From Phycisphaerales bacterium (GTDB taxonomy: Bacteria > Planctomycetota > Phycisphaerae > Sedimentisphaerales > Anaerobacaceae): 50,115 nucleotides of DNA. A program made the translations under genes and the position numbers. The notes beneath the pieces were generated by a model that saw nothing but the letters and a program-made list of their open reading frames with translations, did no database searches and was not told the DNA's origin. Below are positions 26,144-35,658 of the stretch, one piece after another; the stretch's first letter is position 1, and every line of letters starts with the position of its first letter. The stretch is taken from positions 1 to 50,115 of the forward strand of contig DSDB01000614.1 in the NCBI GenBank assembly GCA_011057845.1, read 5' to 3'.

Positions 26144-26181
26144 GAGTCGTTCCCTACGCACCGAGGTCTGTCACAAGCACC

Positions 26182-26209
26182 TCAAGAGCCCCATTGCCGC
26201 GTCCGATAA
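26182..26209 (+). promoter_or_regulatory. Orphan sigma28-like box pointing antisense into the 3' end of fliD
   Basis: TCAAG (26182-26186), 17 nt, CGATAA (26204-26209). It shares the 10-mer CCGATAATAT with the fliD sense promoter. No annotated plus-strand gene lies downstream. Confidence 0.3.
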
Positions 26210-26278
26210 TATCTGTGAGCAGGCAGACCATGGCCCCTGAGGGAGTTGGCAATCGGGAAAACATGTGCGGGGTCGTCG

Positions 26279-28648
26279 TCAGGCCGTCTTGGAGGGGATG
26301 ATGCCCGCCGCGGCCATCTGGTTCTGCAGCATCGCCAACGTCTTCTCCAGCCGGGCGTACTGCAGTATCAGGCGCTGTTCCCGCACTGAGACGCGCCGTT
26401 GCTCTTCCTCAATCTTCTTGTCGAGCAGCTCAATCTGATCCTTGACGTGCCTGCTGTCCACAACGACGCTGCCGACGGTGGGTTTGAGTATCCGGTCAAG
26501 CACGTCCTCAAGTCTGCCCGCAAAACCCTGCCGGATGCGCACGGTGGAGGTGAAGACGCCATCGGTCGATAGGGCAACGCTTAATTGCAGCCCGTTTTCG
26601 GGATACAGGGGATTTCCATTGGAGTCGAACTGCCCGTTGCCTGTGACGATGTTGCTGCTGAATTCGGCGTCGCGCCACGTGGACTCCGACGACAGCTTGA
26701 TACGGGCGCCTGTAATGGCGCCGCCGGCGACGGTCACTTCGACGTCGTATTGACCGGCGGTCGTGTAGGCGCTGCTGGCCCCATAGAAGCGAATGGCGCT
26801 ACTCGTGCTGGTCCCGCTCTTGTCGGCGCCGATCAGATTCAGAACGCCGCGGGAGTCTTTGGCAATGGCCTTGTCGAAGTCGGCGGCGTCCAGACTCAGA
26901 TGCCCGTCCTTATCCAGTCTCAGGCCGATGGCCGCCGGGGCCAGAAAACTGTCGATGTCGGCGATGAACCCGGCGGCCTGCTGAATGAGCGGCAGGCGAA
27001 TCTCATTATGAATGGAGGACACCGTGTAATCGGACATGAGGATACCGGCGGTCTTCGTGGCCTCGTCATAACGTGTGTTCTCCTTGATGAAATCCACGGC
27101 GTAGTTGTACGCCGTCACGAGCCGGTCGAGCCGGTCTTTGACGGACTGGACATCTCGGGTCAGCGTAATATCCTTGCCGGCGGCGTCCGTCGTATCATGC
27201 AGGTGCAGGGTAACACCGGCAATGACGTCATCGACAGTGTTGGTGCTTCGGTTGATGTAACCGTCGGATCCCTTGGCCTGCTCGGCCCAGACATAGTTGG
27301 GCGCCGGCCGGTCCAGATTCGAGGCGTCTATCGCGATCATGTCGACATCGCCCAGTCCCGAAGCAAAGGTGAACGTCAGGGTGCCGTTGGTGGTGCTCAG
27401 GCGGTCGCCGCTGACGGTGATGTCGCCGGCCGAGACATTGTCCAGGGCCTCAAGGGCGGCCTGGATCGAGGCCGCGTCGGCGTCGTAGGCCAGGGCGGCC
27501 GTCGTGCGGCCGTCGTAGGTGAGCGTGAAGGCGCCGCCGTTGGCGCCGCTGGAGAAACCAAGTGTCTGGACCTCGGCCACGGGCGTGATCGCCGGAAAGC
27601 CATCGACCTTAATTCGAGAATCCTGCGCGCTCTGAGTCTCCGTAAAATCGGCGGCCGCAAAACCCGCAAGACTGGCGCCGACGGCGCCGCCTTCGGTATC
27701 GACCGCCATGGCGGGCAGGGTCAGGGTCGCCGCTGACCCGTTGGCGTTGTAGGTCAGGCTGATGGACAGGTCGCTGGCGCCCTGGACGTTGTCGGCCAGT
27801 ATGATCAGGCCGTTTTCAAATCTGGCCTTGGCGATGCCGTCGAATGCACTGTTGATTTCCCCAATCAGGTGCTCGATGCGGGTGTTGTCGGTGATGCCGA
27901 GGTTGATCTGGGCGATCGCCACGCCGTTGCGGTCGGTCCCGGTGATTTCGATCACCTCGCCGCCTTCGAGTGCGCCGCTGAACTGATCGAGGTCAATGAG
28001 CCGGGTGTTCGTGGCCGCGTTGTCTGTGCCGCGGGTCAGCTCCGAGCCGGCCTTCCACGTCTCGGTCGAGCCGGCATTGATACGGATCCTGTAATCGGAG
28101 CCGGCGTCGTTGCCGTTGAGGACCAGATGGTACTTGTTGTTGTAATGCAGCAGGCTGGCTGTGACGCCGGGGTTATCGGCGTCGTTGTTGATCAGACCGA
28201 CGAGGTCCTGGAGGGTCGTGGTGGCCGTGGTGGCGACGGAAGTCTCTTTGTGATTGTAGGAGTAAATAAACGTACCGGCGCCCACGTAGTCCTCGGCATA
28301 CTTGAGCCCCGTGGTGTGGACCATTCTCGCGGACCGCGCCAGGCGGTTGATCACAACATTGTGGCTGCCCTCAAAGGCCTGGTTGCCGGCTTCGGCCGTC
28401 AGTTTGTCCTTGTCGCTGGTCGACACATTAAACGCCCGCAGCGTGTCGGCGCTCGATAGGTTACGGGCGGCGGTGCGGAAATTGCGGAGTTTCGACTCCA
28501 GGTCGCGCAGGGCGGTCTGCCGCTGGGTCCATGTATCGCGGCGGTCCTCGTAGACATTGAGCTGGCGTCGCTCGACCGCCATCAACTGCCTGATGAGCGA
28601 TGCGGTGTCAATACCTGTCTGGAGGCCTGGAAGCGTTATAGTGGCCAT
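26279..28648 (-). CDS. fliD: Filament cap protein FliD (789 aa, enlarged)
   Basis: N-terminal GLQTGIDTASLIRQLMAVERRQL. Central IKVDG...NTVDDVIAGVTLHL. C-terminal coiled coil ...REQRLILQYARLEKTLAMLQNQ. Confidence 0.9.
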   Translation of the reverse strand: MATITLPGLQTGIDTASLIRQLMAVERRQLNVYEDRRDTWTQRQTALRDLESKLRNFRTAARNLSSADTLRAFNVSTSDKDKLTAEAGNQAFEGSHNVVINRLARSARMVHTTGLKYAEDYVGAGTFIYSYNHKETSVATTATTTLQDLVGLINNDADNPGVTASLLHYNNKYHLVLNGNDAGSDYRIRINAGSTETWKAGSELTRGTDNAATNTRLIDLDQFSGALEGGEVIEITGTDRNGVAIAQINLGITDNTRIEHLIGEINSAFDGIAKARFENGLIILADNVQGASDLSISLTYNANGSAATLTLPAMAVDTEGGAVGASLAGFAAADFTETQSAQDSRIKVDGFPAITPVAEVQTLGFSSGANGGAFTLTYDGRTTAALAYDADAASIQAALEALDNVSAGDITVSGDRLSTTNGTLTFTFASGLGDVDMIAIDASNLDRPAPNYVWAEQAKGSDGYINRSTNTVDDVIAGVTLHLHDTTDAAGKDITLTRDVQSVKDRLDRLVTAYNYAVDFIKENTRYDEATKTAGILMSDYTVSSIHNEIRLPLIQQAAGFIADIDSFLAPAAIGLRLDKDGHLSLDAADFDKAIAKDSRGVLNLIGADKSGTSTSSAIRFYGASSAYTTAGQYDVEVTVAGGAITGARIKLSSESTWRDAEFSSNIVTGNGQFDSNGNPLYPENGLQLSVALSTDGVFTSTVRIRQGFAGRLEDVLDRILKPTVGSVVVDSRHVKDQIELLDKKIEEEQRRVSVREQRLILQYARLEKTLAMLQNQMAAAGIIPSKTA

Positions 28649-28706
28649 CGTTGACTCGTTTCATTCATAGTGCGATTGAGCCGACCCTGCGGAATCGGCA
28701 GTAATA

Positions 28707-28733
28707 TTATCGGCAGCCGGACGACACACTTGA
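28707..28733 (-). promoter_or_regulatory. sigma28-type promoter of fliD
   Basis: Minus strand reads TCAAG, 16 nt, CGATAA, with a full GCCGATAA -10 box (plus-strand TTATCGGC 28707-28714, CTTGA 28729-28733). About 55 nt upstream of the fliD ATG. Confidence 0.65.
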
Positions 28734-28779
28734 GCAAGTGTATGAACGCGCCGTCATGCCCGGTTTACGGGGACCGGAC

Positions 28780-31700
28780 CTATAACAGAGGAACCGAGAC
28801 GGCTGCCAGGCGGGATTCACGGACACAAATACATCTCGCCCGGTACTTGTCGGCCAGTCTCTGGTAGAACTGTGGAAAACGGACCATCGGGCCGCGGGCA
28901 TATCGGCCGAAAACTTCCGCCAGGTACTCATGGAAGCAATGTGCACGGTCGTCGGGATCCTCGATGGCGGCCAGGTGGGGGCAGAGCCTCTCGGCGGGGT
29001 ATCGCTCAACCATGGCGCCCAACGCCTCCGCCATGATCCGGTTTCGCTGCTCGTACCTGTGGCTGTTGCCGCCAGGCAGACGGCGATAGAAGTACCGGCC
29101 TTGAAAATCACAGCGACAAAAACGGATATCCGGCGCATGGCGGCAGAGAAAGACGAAGTCCTCAACGGTATCGACTTCATCATAGAGCCCCGTTCGGTCG
29201 TAGAGGCTGCGGCGTTTGAGACTGCCCGGATTGGGTACGGGCCCGAAGCCGTGTTCAAGCAGAAAGGCCGGCAGGATGCGACTATCCGGAAAGTCCTCAT
29301 ATCGCCACAACTCGCCTGTCGGACAACCGGCCGAGTCAACAAGGGTCAGGGCCGCTGGGTAGACATAGTCGGCCTCCGGGTGCTGTTCAGCGAAGCGCAC
29401 AAGCCCGTCAATGTAGTCGGGAGATATAAAATCGTCGGCGTCCACGTTCAGGATGTACCGGCTGGCGGCCTCGCGGATGGCCCGGTTCAGACCCGATGCG
29501 AAGTTCTTATGCTCTTTGTGGATGCAGCGGATGCGTCGGTCGCCGTAGGCGGTCATGATGTCCGCCGTTCGATCCGTGGAGCCGTCGTTGACTATGAGCA
29601 GCTCGAGTTCCTCGAAGCTCTGCCCCAGGACTGATGCGATCGCCTGCGCTATGTAGGGCTCGGCATTGTAGGCCACCATACACACCGAGACCAAGGGCTC
29701 CCGGCGGCTCGATGCCGCAGACACAGGCGGTGCCGTGATGCTTGGCGACCCGCTCACGTCAGACCGATCCGCCGTCTTGCGGCGGGCCAGAAGCATGTGA
29801 AACGGTACGTCGATGTGGCCGACGATCCAGAGTATCGCCCGGTCATCGGACATCGCATGGACCGCATCGGGAAGATTCTCAATTAGCCCCCGCGCATACA
29901 ACCGGCGAACGAGGGCGAAATACTGCCGAACATCCTCGCGCCGAGCCAGGGCCTCGTTCACGGCGTCGGCGAACAGGGCCTCGGGATCGGCGTCGCTCGA
30001 CCGGGCGCGCGTTTCGGTGCGGCGTTTAAGTGCATTGAGGCGGGCCCTGACACGGGAGAGAATAGCGATATTGACCTTGTCCTTGGAGTGGGCGATGGAG
30101 GTCGGCAACTCGCGGTAGAGGTACAGAGGCTCGTCCACAAAAAACAGGCCGCCAATCTCCTCCATCTTGTAGACGATGTCCACATCCTCGGCGTATACAA
30201 TAGCCTCATCATAGCCGCCGGTTCGATGATAGTACGCGGTCTTGAACGTCTTGAAATGGCTGACGTGGTTTTCGTCGAGAGCCGATGCGCCCGGGCCGAT
30301 GGGTCCGCAGAAGCCCGTCTTGCGAGGCGTCAGATCGGCGCCACAGTAGATGAACTGCGAGTAGATGAGCCCGGCGTCGGGGCGTTCCAGATGGGCCTGG
30401 TGCATCGTCTCGATGGCTCGCGGCGTCAGGGCGTCATCGCTGTCAAGGATACCGAAGACATCGGCCGAGACAGCGGCGATGGCGGTCTTCAGCGCAGCCG
30501 TGTAGCCCTTGTTGACATCGTGATGGAGCACCCGGACGCGGGGATCGGACGCGATGCGGGCGATTTCGGCGAGTGAATCGTCGGTCGAGCCATCGTCGAC
30601 GATGATGAGTTCCCAGTCCGTGAACGTCTGCGACAGCACGGACCTGATCGCCTCGGCGATATAGGGGCCGTTGTTGTAGTTGGCCATGATAACGGAGAAT
30701 CGCGGCTTGGGGCGCGGGCCGCCCGCCGCCTCAACGAGGCGGATTTCCACGGGGTGATGGCACGCCTCGGGCGTGAAGCCTGCGTACCCTCCCACATCGA
30801 TCCGGCGGCCCGCGTCGAATTCGCCAGCCAAGGCCTCGGCGGTATAATCGGGATTGGCTTCACACCGGTTGGGACGCACCGACTGGACCACATTGACGGG
30901 ATTGCAGAATGCCACGGAAGTGGCTGGACACAGCAGCAGCGGCCGAGTCTCGGCAAACAGGCGGGCCTGGGCCGCGAAAGCCTCCTCAAGAGTATTCGGA
31001 TTGGCGAATTCAATGTGTTCCAACACCACCAACAGGTCGGCGGCCCGGTAGAGGGAACTGGACACCTCAAAGGGATAGGCGAAATCGTGCTCGGCCGTTG
31101 TCCAGTTGAACTCCAGTACACCGTCCCGCAGCGGCCGAAACTCCGGCAGCGTCTGTGGCACGCTTCGGGGGTAGCAATACCGCGTGTTACGGCCCAGGCG
31201 AAGCGAGAAACCCAGTGCGGCCGGCTGCGCGGACAGAGCGGCAATACAGCCGCCGGCGGAGAACTCCCGCACGAAGATGTTGTCGTCGACCAGCAATAGG
31301 ACGTGGTCGCAGGACCCCACGAGGCCGAGCAACTGCCCCCGGAAATCGGACTCGGCCAGGAATGCAACGGTCGGGAACTCCTCCGCCAGCTTCTCATATT
31401 GCCGCCGATGCCGTTCGGTGGAGACCTTGTAGAGAATGGTTGGATGGAGGAGATCCGCATCGGTGCAGTGCATCAACAACGATTCCAGCGTCGCCCGTAG
31501 TTGCATCGCGCGGTCCTTGCTGAAGATGATCGTTCGCAAGGGTACACGGCCCGTCCCAAGGATTCTTGACGCTCCCGGCCGGGTGTGTTTCTCCAGGAGA
31601 TGCCGTACCTGCGGGGCGTCGAGACCCTGGTCACGAGCCAGGATAAGCTGTTCGAGGGATGCATCGGTGCGACCGTCCTGGAGAAGGGCTAGGGCCCGCC

Positions 31701-34700
31701 AGTAGGCGCTGGTGGCGTCGCTTATGAATCCGGGACGACGGACGATATCGAACATGGCTGCCATATCCGGCCGCCAGAACAAGCGTCGCGGGTCAGGCAG
31801 GTCCGCCGAGACTTTGTGGCGCCATCGCGCCAGGAGCCGCCTGATGTCGTCGTCCGCCTGAGCCAGATTGGACTGCTTCTGAGCATCGAGGATGTTATGG
31901 TGGGTCACCAGGCCGCAGGGCAGTGGAATCAGGTGCAGACCGGCGTCGTACAGCCGGTAGCAGAAGTCCGTGTCGGCACAATAGAAGCGGTAGGACTCGT
32001 CCAGCCCGCCGATGTGGCGGAAGGCGTCCAGGCGGAATAGGCCGTAGTTCATAAGCAGGCGGGCGCCGTAAGTGAAGTCGATCCCAAACTCGGCCCAGAA
32101 GGGCTGCGCAGGATGAACATTGCGGTAAAAGAACATGCCACCGGCCACGCCGTCACTATGTGTGTCGAGGAGATGGACGGCTTCGGCCAGGGCCCCGGTG
32201 TTGAATGACATGTCATCACTGGCGTACATGGCGTATCGCCCCGTGGCCTTGCTGAAACCGAAGTTATACAGCGCCGGCCACGAATGATGCCCCTGACCCA
32301 GGTGTTCGGACTCGCGATAGACGCGGTTGATGCCGTGTCTACCGAGCACCTCGCGCGTGCCGTCGGTTGAATCCCCATCGATGATGATGAATTCGTACTT
32401 GAGACCATCCGCAGCCGCCTTGATGCTTCCTAGTGCGGCGTCGAGCAATCCGGCCCGGTTCTTCGTGGACAAGACGACACTGAGGTCCGGCCGGTCACCG
32501 GTGCTTGGCGTCGCCTCAACCGGTACGACGGCGTCCGATTCCAAGGAACGAACTGTGGTGACACCCAGGGGCCGGCGGCTGTGGTAGGCTACGCGGACCG
32601 ACTCGGACGCCAGGAACTCGAGTATGCACGGGACGATGGTCCACAGTGAGAGTTGACTACTGTCGTGCAGGTCGTTTTCCTTGAGGTAGCGACGGTGGTG
32701 TTCGGCGAATCGTCGGCCCAGGCGGGTCCAGGGGTTCGTCTTCTCATCACCATTGAAATGGAGGTCGATGCCGCCGCGCAACGACTGGAAGAACTCGCTC
32801 GCAAGGCGGCCCCAGTGGTCGCCCGACCACTCAAACGTGTGGCGAATGTGACGGGCGACAGGCGTGGTAAGGCGGCGGAGTTCCGCCCCGTTGAGCAAGG
32901 CCGCCACCGGCAGGTGGTAGTCCCACCAAGGCATGCCCAGGCAGAGGTTCGACGCCGGGATTCGCGCGATGAGCGATTTGTCAAAAAAGAAAAAGTCAAA
33001 GCCGCAGTTGTAAATGGTTCCATCTTCATCGCCGAGCGCATCGACATCGAGACGCGAACCGTAAAACAGCGATTGTGAGGCTTGGTGTTCAATGAAATCC
33101 AAAAGACCCCGGTCACCGGACAGGTGAATGTCGGCATTGACGATGCCGCAGAGGTCCCCGGCATTCACGGCCAGGACGCCGAGTACGTCGTCTAAGTAGA
33201 CAAGCGGTTTGCCGTAGAGATCGCGCGCGTCGCGCGGCGCCGCCATGAACTCCACTCGCGGGAATGCCGGCGCCAGGCGGTCCACTTCCTCCCGACAATT
33301 GACACTGATGACGCGAAACCCCAGGTCGAGCCAGCTTCGGACGGCGTTTTCCTGGGCGCCGATCCGTGACGGGGCAATGCTGGTCACAATGGTGACGGCC
33401 GGCCGGGCCGCAACTGAAACCGGCCGCGTCTCGGTCGCCCTCACAACGCCTGTCCGAGATCTGGGCGCCGCGGCACAAGCCGAATTCCTGAAACCGTCTA
33501 GTCGCATGGAATCGAGATGCAGCGGTTGCGGCGCCGCCAATTCCCGAGGGCAGTCATTGTGGTCGATCTCGTCCTGCAGGACCCGGCGAGCCTCCTCGGT
33601 GTAGTCCTGCCAGGCGCATTTGGTCTTCTGGCCCGGGTGATGGCGGAATCCGGCCAGCCAGGCGTCAAGAGTGTGAAGACGGGTATGTTTGAAGAAGCGC
33701 AGCCAGAGTTCGCAATCGCCAGCGAATCGCAGGTCCGTTCGGATGCGCCCGCCGGCCCGCTGCCATAGAGTACGAGTCCAGAAGGTGCTCTCTTGCTGGA
33801 TAAAGAACCGGGGACTGGTCTGTAGGTAGTCGACACGCGACCATAACGGGACCCAGCCGACGTTGATGAGCCGCCCGGCAGCATCCCACGCGGTGGGTCG
33901 GCCGGTAAGCCACTGGATGTCGGGATAGCGACTGAATACGTAAGCCACCTTCCAGAAGGCGTCGCGGTGGTACTTATCGTCGGAGTTCAACCAGGCCATG
34001 ATCGAGCCGGTGCTCTTGTCGAACCCCGCTTGGATGGCGGCGTATTGGCCGCCGTCCGGGGTGCTCTGCCAATAAGAAAGGTGCTTCTCGTATTTCCGGA
34101 TGATATCGACCGAACCATCCGTGCTGCCGCCGTCCATGATGATGTATTCGAGATTGGGATAGCCCTGGCTCAGTACCGAATCGATGCACTCTTCGAGAAA
34201 CGCCCCCTGGTTGAAGGACGGTGTTACGATGGATATCTTCGGCAGGCCCGCTGCGACGGGAGGGTGGGCGGTTCCCACCGGGACGGCACGGCGCCCCATG
34301 GCCCCCGCCTCGCGTTTCGTCGACAGAGCCAGCAGACGCGGCTTGGCCTTCTCGGCCTGGCGAAAGACATCGTTGTCCACGACCCGTGGAACAGCCCCGG
34401 GCACGAATAGCATCGGGCTGCCGGCTCGGCGGCGGCACTCGGCGATACAGCGGTGATACAGGTCCAGGTACTGGCCCGCGATGCGTTTGTGGTCGAATGT
34501 CGTTACCGCTCGGCGGCGGGCGGCGGCGGCGAGGCGTCCGCGAAGCCCGGCATCGCGCACCAAATCGATCAGAGACCGCGTGATGGCGGGAATATCGCCG
34601 GCGGGGGTGATGAGGCCCTCTTGTCCATCGCGAACCAGTTCGGGGACCCCACCCGTATCAAAAGCGGCAATCGGCAGACCGCAGGCCAGGGCCTCCAGAA

Positions 34701-35658
34701 CAACCAGCGGGCAGTTGTCGGCGTTCGGCGTATACAAGAAGATGTCGATAGCCGAGTAGGCAAAGGCCAGTGCGGTTTCGTCGGCGATGTGTGGGATATT
34801 GATGATACGAGGGTCTTGCGACGGTCTGTTGTCGCCGATATTGACAAAGACAAACTGACCGGCACCATTGAGCGCATTGAGAACCGCCTGGGTGTGGCGG
34901 CCGCCCTTCCACGGATTGGCCAGCGTGCCGCCGTGCGCGATGGCGCCCACGGCCAGATGATCCGGCGGAATACCGAAGCGATGGCGTGCCTCCTGCTTGT
35001 CGTGCGGACGGAAGACGTCCGTGTCCACGCCGTTGTAGATCAGATCCATGGGGTGGTCTCTGAGGACGGACTGCGCCACCTTATCATGGAGCCATCGCGA
35101 CGGCACGACGATGTGCAGAAAGCTGTGGTCATAGATGCGTTTCTTATCGGCTAGCAAATTGGATGCGTTGTCGACGAACAGAGCCGGGTCAACAGACAGA
35201 TTGGGGCAATCCCGGCAGTCCCGCCGCCAGCGATCGCAATCAAAGGCGTGCGCGCAGTGGCCGGTCAGCGCCTGCATGTCGTGCAGGGTCCAGACGACGG
35301 GCCGCCCATGCGACAACGGCGAGAGGCTGAAAGGATTGAAGTAACCTCCGTGAAGGTTGTGCAAGTGCAGGATGTCCGCAGCTCGGACGTGGGGGTTGAA
35401 GACCAGACGGTGGCTGCCCTGGAACTCGTAGTAGAGCTGCCCGGATTGCAGGCACACGGGGTGAAGGTGTCGGTTCTTCTCGATGGGAAAACTGAATGCA
35501 TTGGGATCGTTCGACAGTTTCTCCCCCACCAACATCGCGGCACGGCAGCCCACGGCACGCTGGGCGCAGGCTAGCCGTGAAGCCACCTTAGCGGCGCCAC
35601 CAGCCACGTCGTGCGTGTTGATATGCAGAATGGACAGGGCTGTGTCAGGCCGGTTCAT
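28780..35658 (-). CDS. Multi-module glycosyltransferase megaprotein (2,292 aa from ATG 35658): GT4-like + GT2 + unassigned + GT2 + unassigned GT-A-like + GT2 + GT2
   Basis: Track ORF 28780..35790. The first 44 codons are Arg/Pro-rich and overlap the upstream gene. ATG 35658 forms an ATGA overlap with the upstream stop. Module motifs (track aa numbering): 52-455 GT-B (PLVVLEALACGLPIAAFDTGGVPELV); 517-740 GT2 (ISIVTPSFNQ..YIIMDGGSTDGS..NSDD); 797-1000 (VTIVTSIAPSRIGAQENAVRSW..IVNADIHL); 1100-1300 GT2 (LSVVLSTKNR..FIIIDGDSTDGT..ASDD); 1417-1640 (TIIFSKDRAMQL..LLLVDDNIF); 1696-1900 GT2 (FSVIMANYNN..LIIVDDGSTDDS..LDSDD); 2031-2250 GT2 (VSVCMVAYNA..LLIVNDGSTDRT..VDADD). Confidence 0.85.
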   Translation of the reverse strand: MNRPDTALSILHINTHDVAGGAAKVASRLACAQRAVGCRAAMLVGEKLSNDPNAFSFPIEKNRHLHPVCLQSGQLYYEFQGSHRLVFNPHVRAADILHLHNLHGGYFNPFSLSPLSHGRPVVWTLHDMQALTGHCAHAFDCDRWRRDCRDCPNLSVDPALFVDNASNLLADKKRIYDHSFLHIVVPSRWLHDKVAQSVLRDHPMDLIYNGVDTDVFRPHDKQEARHRFGIPPDHLAVGAIAHGGTLANPWKGGRHTQAVLNALNGAGQFVFVNIGDNRPSQDPRIINIPHIADETALAFAYSAIDIFLYTPNADNCPLVVLEALACGLPIAAFDTGGVPELVRDGQEGLITPAGDIPAITRSLIDLVRDAGLRGRLAAAARRRAVTTFDHKRIAGQYLDLYHRCIAECRRRAGSPMLFVPGAVPRVVDNDVFRQAEKAKPRLLALSTKREAGAMGRRAVPVGTAHPPVAAGLPKISIVTPSFNQGAFLEECIDSVLSQGYPNLEYIIMDGGSTDGSVDIIRKYEKHLSYWQSTPDGGQYAAIQAGFDKSTGSIMAWLNSDDKYHRDAFWKVAYVFSRYPDIQWLTGRPTAWDAAGRLINVGWVPLWSRVDYLQTSPRFFIQQESTFWTRTLWQRAGGRIRTDLRFAGDCELWLRFFKHTRLHTLDAWLAGFRHHPGQKTKCAWQDYTEEARRVLQDEIDHNDCPRELAAPQPLHLDSMRLDGFRNSACAAAPRSRTGVVRATETRPVSVAARPAVTIVTSIAPSRIGAQENAVRSWLDLGFRVISVNCREEVDRLAPAFPRVEFMAAPRDARDLYGKPLVYLDDVLGVLAVNAGDLCGIVNADIHLSGDRGLLDFIEHQASQSLFYGSRLDVDALGDEDGTIYNCGFDFFFFDKSLIARIPASNLCLGMPWWDYHLPVAALLNGAELRRLTTPVARHIRHTFEWSGDHWGRLASEFFQSLRGGIDLHFNGDEKTNPWTRLGRRFAEHHRRYLKENDLHDSSQLSLWTIVPCILEFLASESVRVAYHSRRPLGVTTVRSLESDAVVPVEATPSTGDRPDLSVVLSTKNRAGLLDAALGSIKAAADGLKYEFIIIDGDSTDGTREVLGRHGINRVYRESEHLGQGHHSWPALYNFGFSKATGRYAMYASDDMSFNTGALAEAVHLLDTHSDGVAGGMFFYRNVHPAQPFWAEFGIDFTYGARLLMNYGLFRLDAFRHIGGLDESYRFYCADTDFCYRLYDAGLHLIPLPCGLVTHHNILDAQKQSNLAQADDDIRRLLARWRHKVSADLPDPRRLFWRPDMAAMFDIVRRPGFISDATSAYWRALALLQDGRTDASLEQLILARDQGLDAPQVRHLLEKHTRPGASRILGTGRVPLRTIIFSKDRAMQLRATLESLLMHCTDADLLHPTILYKVSTERHRRQYEKLAEEFPTVAFLAESDFRGQLLGLVGSCDHVLLLVDDNIFVREFSAGGCIAALSAQPAALGFSLRLGRNTRYCYPRSVPQTLPEFRPLRDGVLEFNWTTAEHDFAYPFEVSSSLYRAADLLVVLEHIEFANPNTLEEAFAAQARLFAETRPLLLCPATSVAFCNPVNVVQSVRPNRCEANPDYTAEALAGEFDAGRRIDVGGYAGFTPEACHHPVEIRLVEAAGGPRPKPRFSVIMANYNNGPYIAEAIRSVLSQTFTDWELIIVDDGSTDDSLAEIARIASDPRVRVLHHDVNKGYTAALKTAIAAVSADVFGILDSDDALTPRAIETMHQAHLERPDAGLIYSQFIYCGADLTPRKTGFCGPIGPGASALDENHVSHFKTFKTAYYHRTGGYDEAIVYAEDVDIVYKMEEIGGLFFVDEPLYLYRELPTSIAHSKDKVNIAILSRVRARLNALKRRTETRARSSDADPEALFADAVNEALARREDVRQYFALVRRLYARGLIENLPDAVHAMSDDRAILWIVGHIDVPFHMLLARRKTADRSDVSGSPSITAPPVSAASSRREPLVSVCMVAYNAEPYIAQAIASVLGQSFEELELLIVNDGSTDRTADIMTAYGDRRIRCIHKEHKNFASGLNRAIREAASRYILNVDADDFISPDYIDGLVRFAEQHPEADYVYPAALTLVDSAGCPTGELWRYEDFPDSRILPAFLLEHGFGPVPNPGSLKRRSLYDRTGLYDEVDTVEDFVFLCRHAPDIRFCRCDFQGRYFYRRLPGGNSHRYEQRNRIMAEALGAMVERYPAERLCPHLAAIEDPDDRAHCFHEYLAEVFGRYARGPMVRFPQFYQRLADKYRARCICVRESRLAAVSVPLL

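Noticed and set aside
28734-28779. Short hairpin CCGGT-N8-ACCGG right after the mega-GT stop, considered as a terminator separating the island from fliD.
   Set aside because: The stem is only 5 bp and has no T-tract, so read-through into fliD cannot be excluded or supported.
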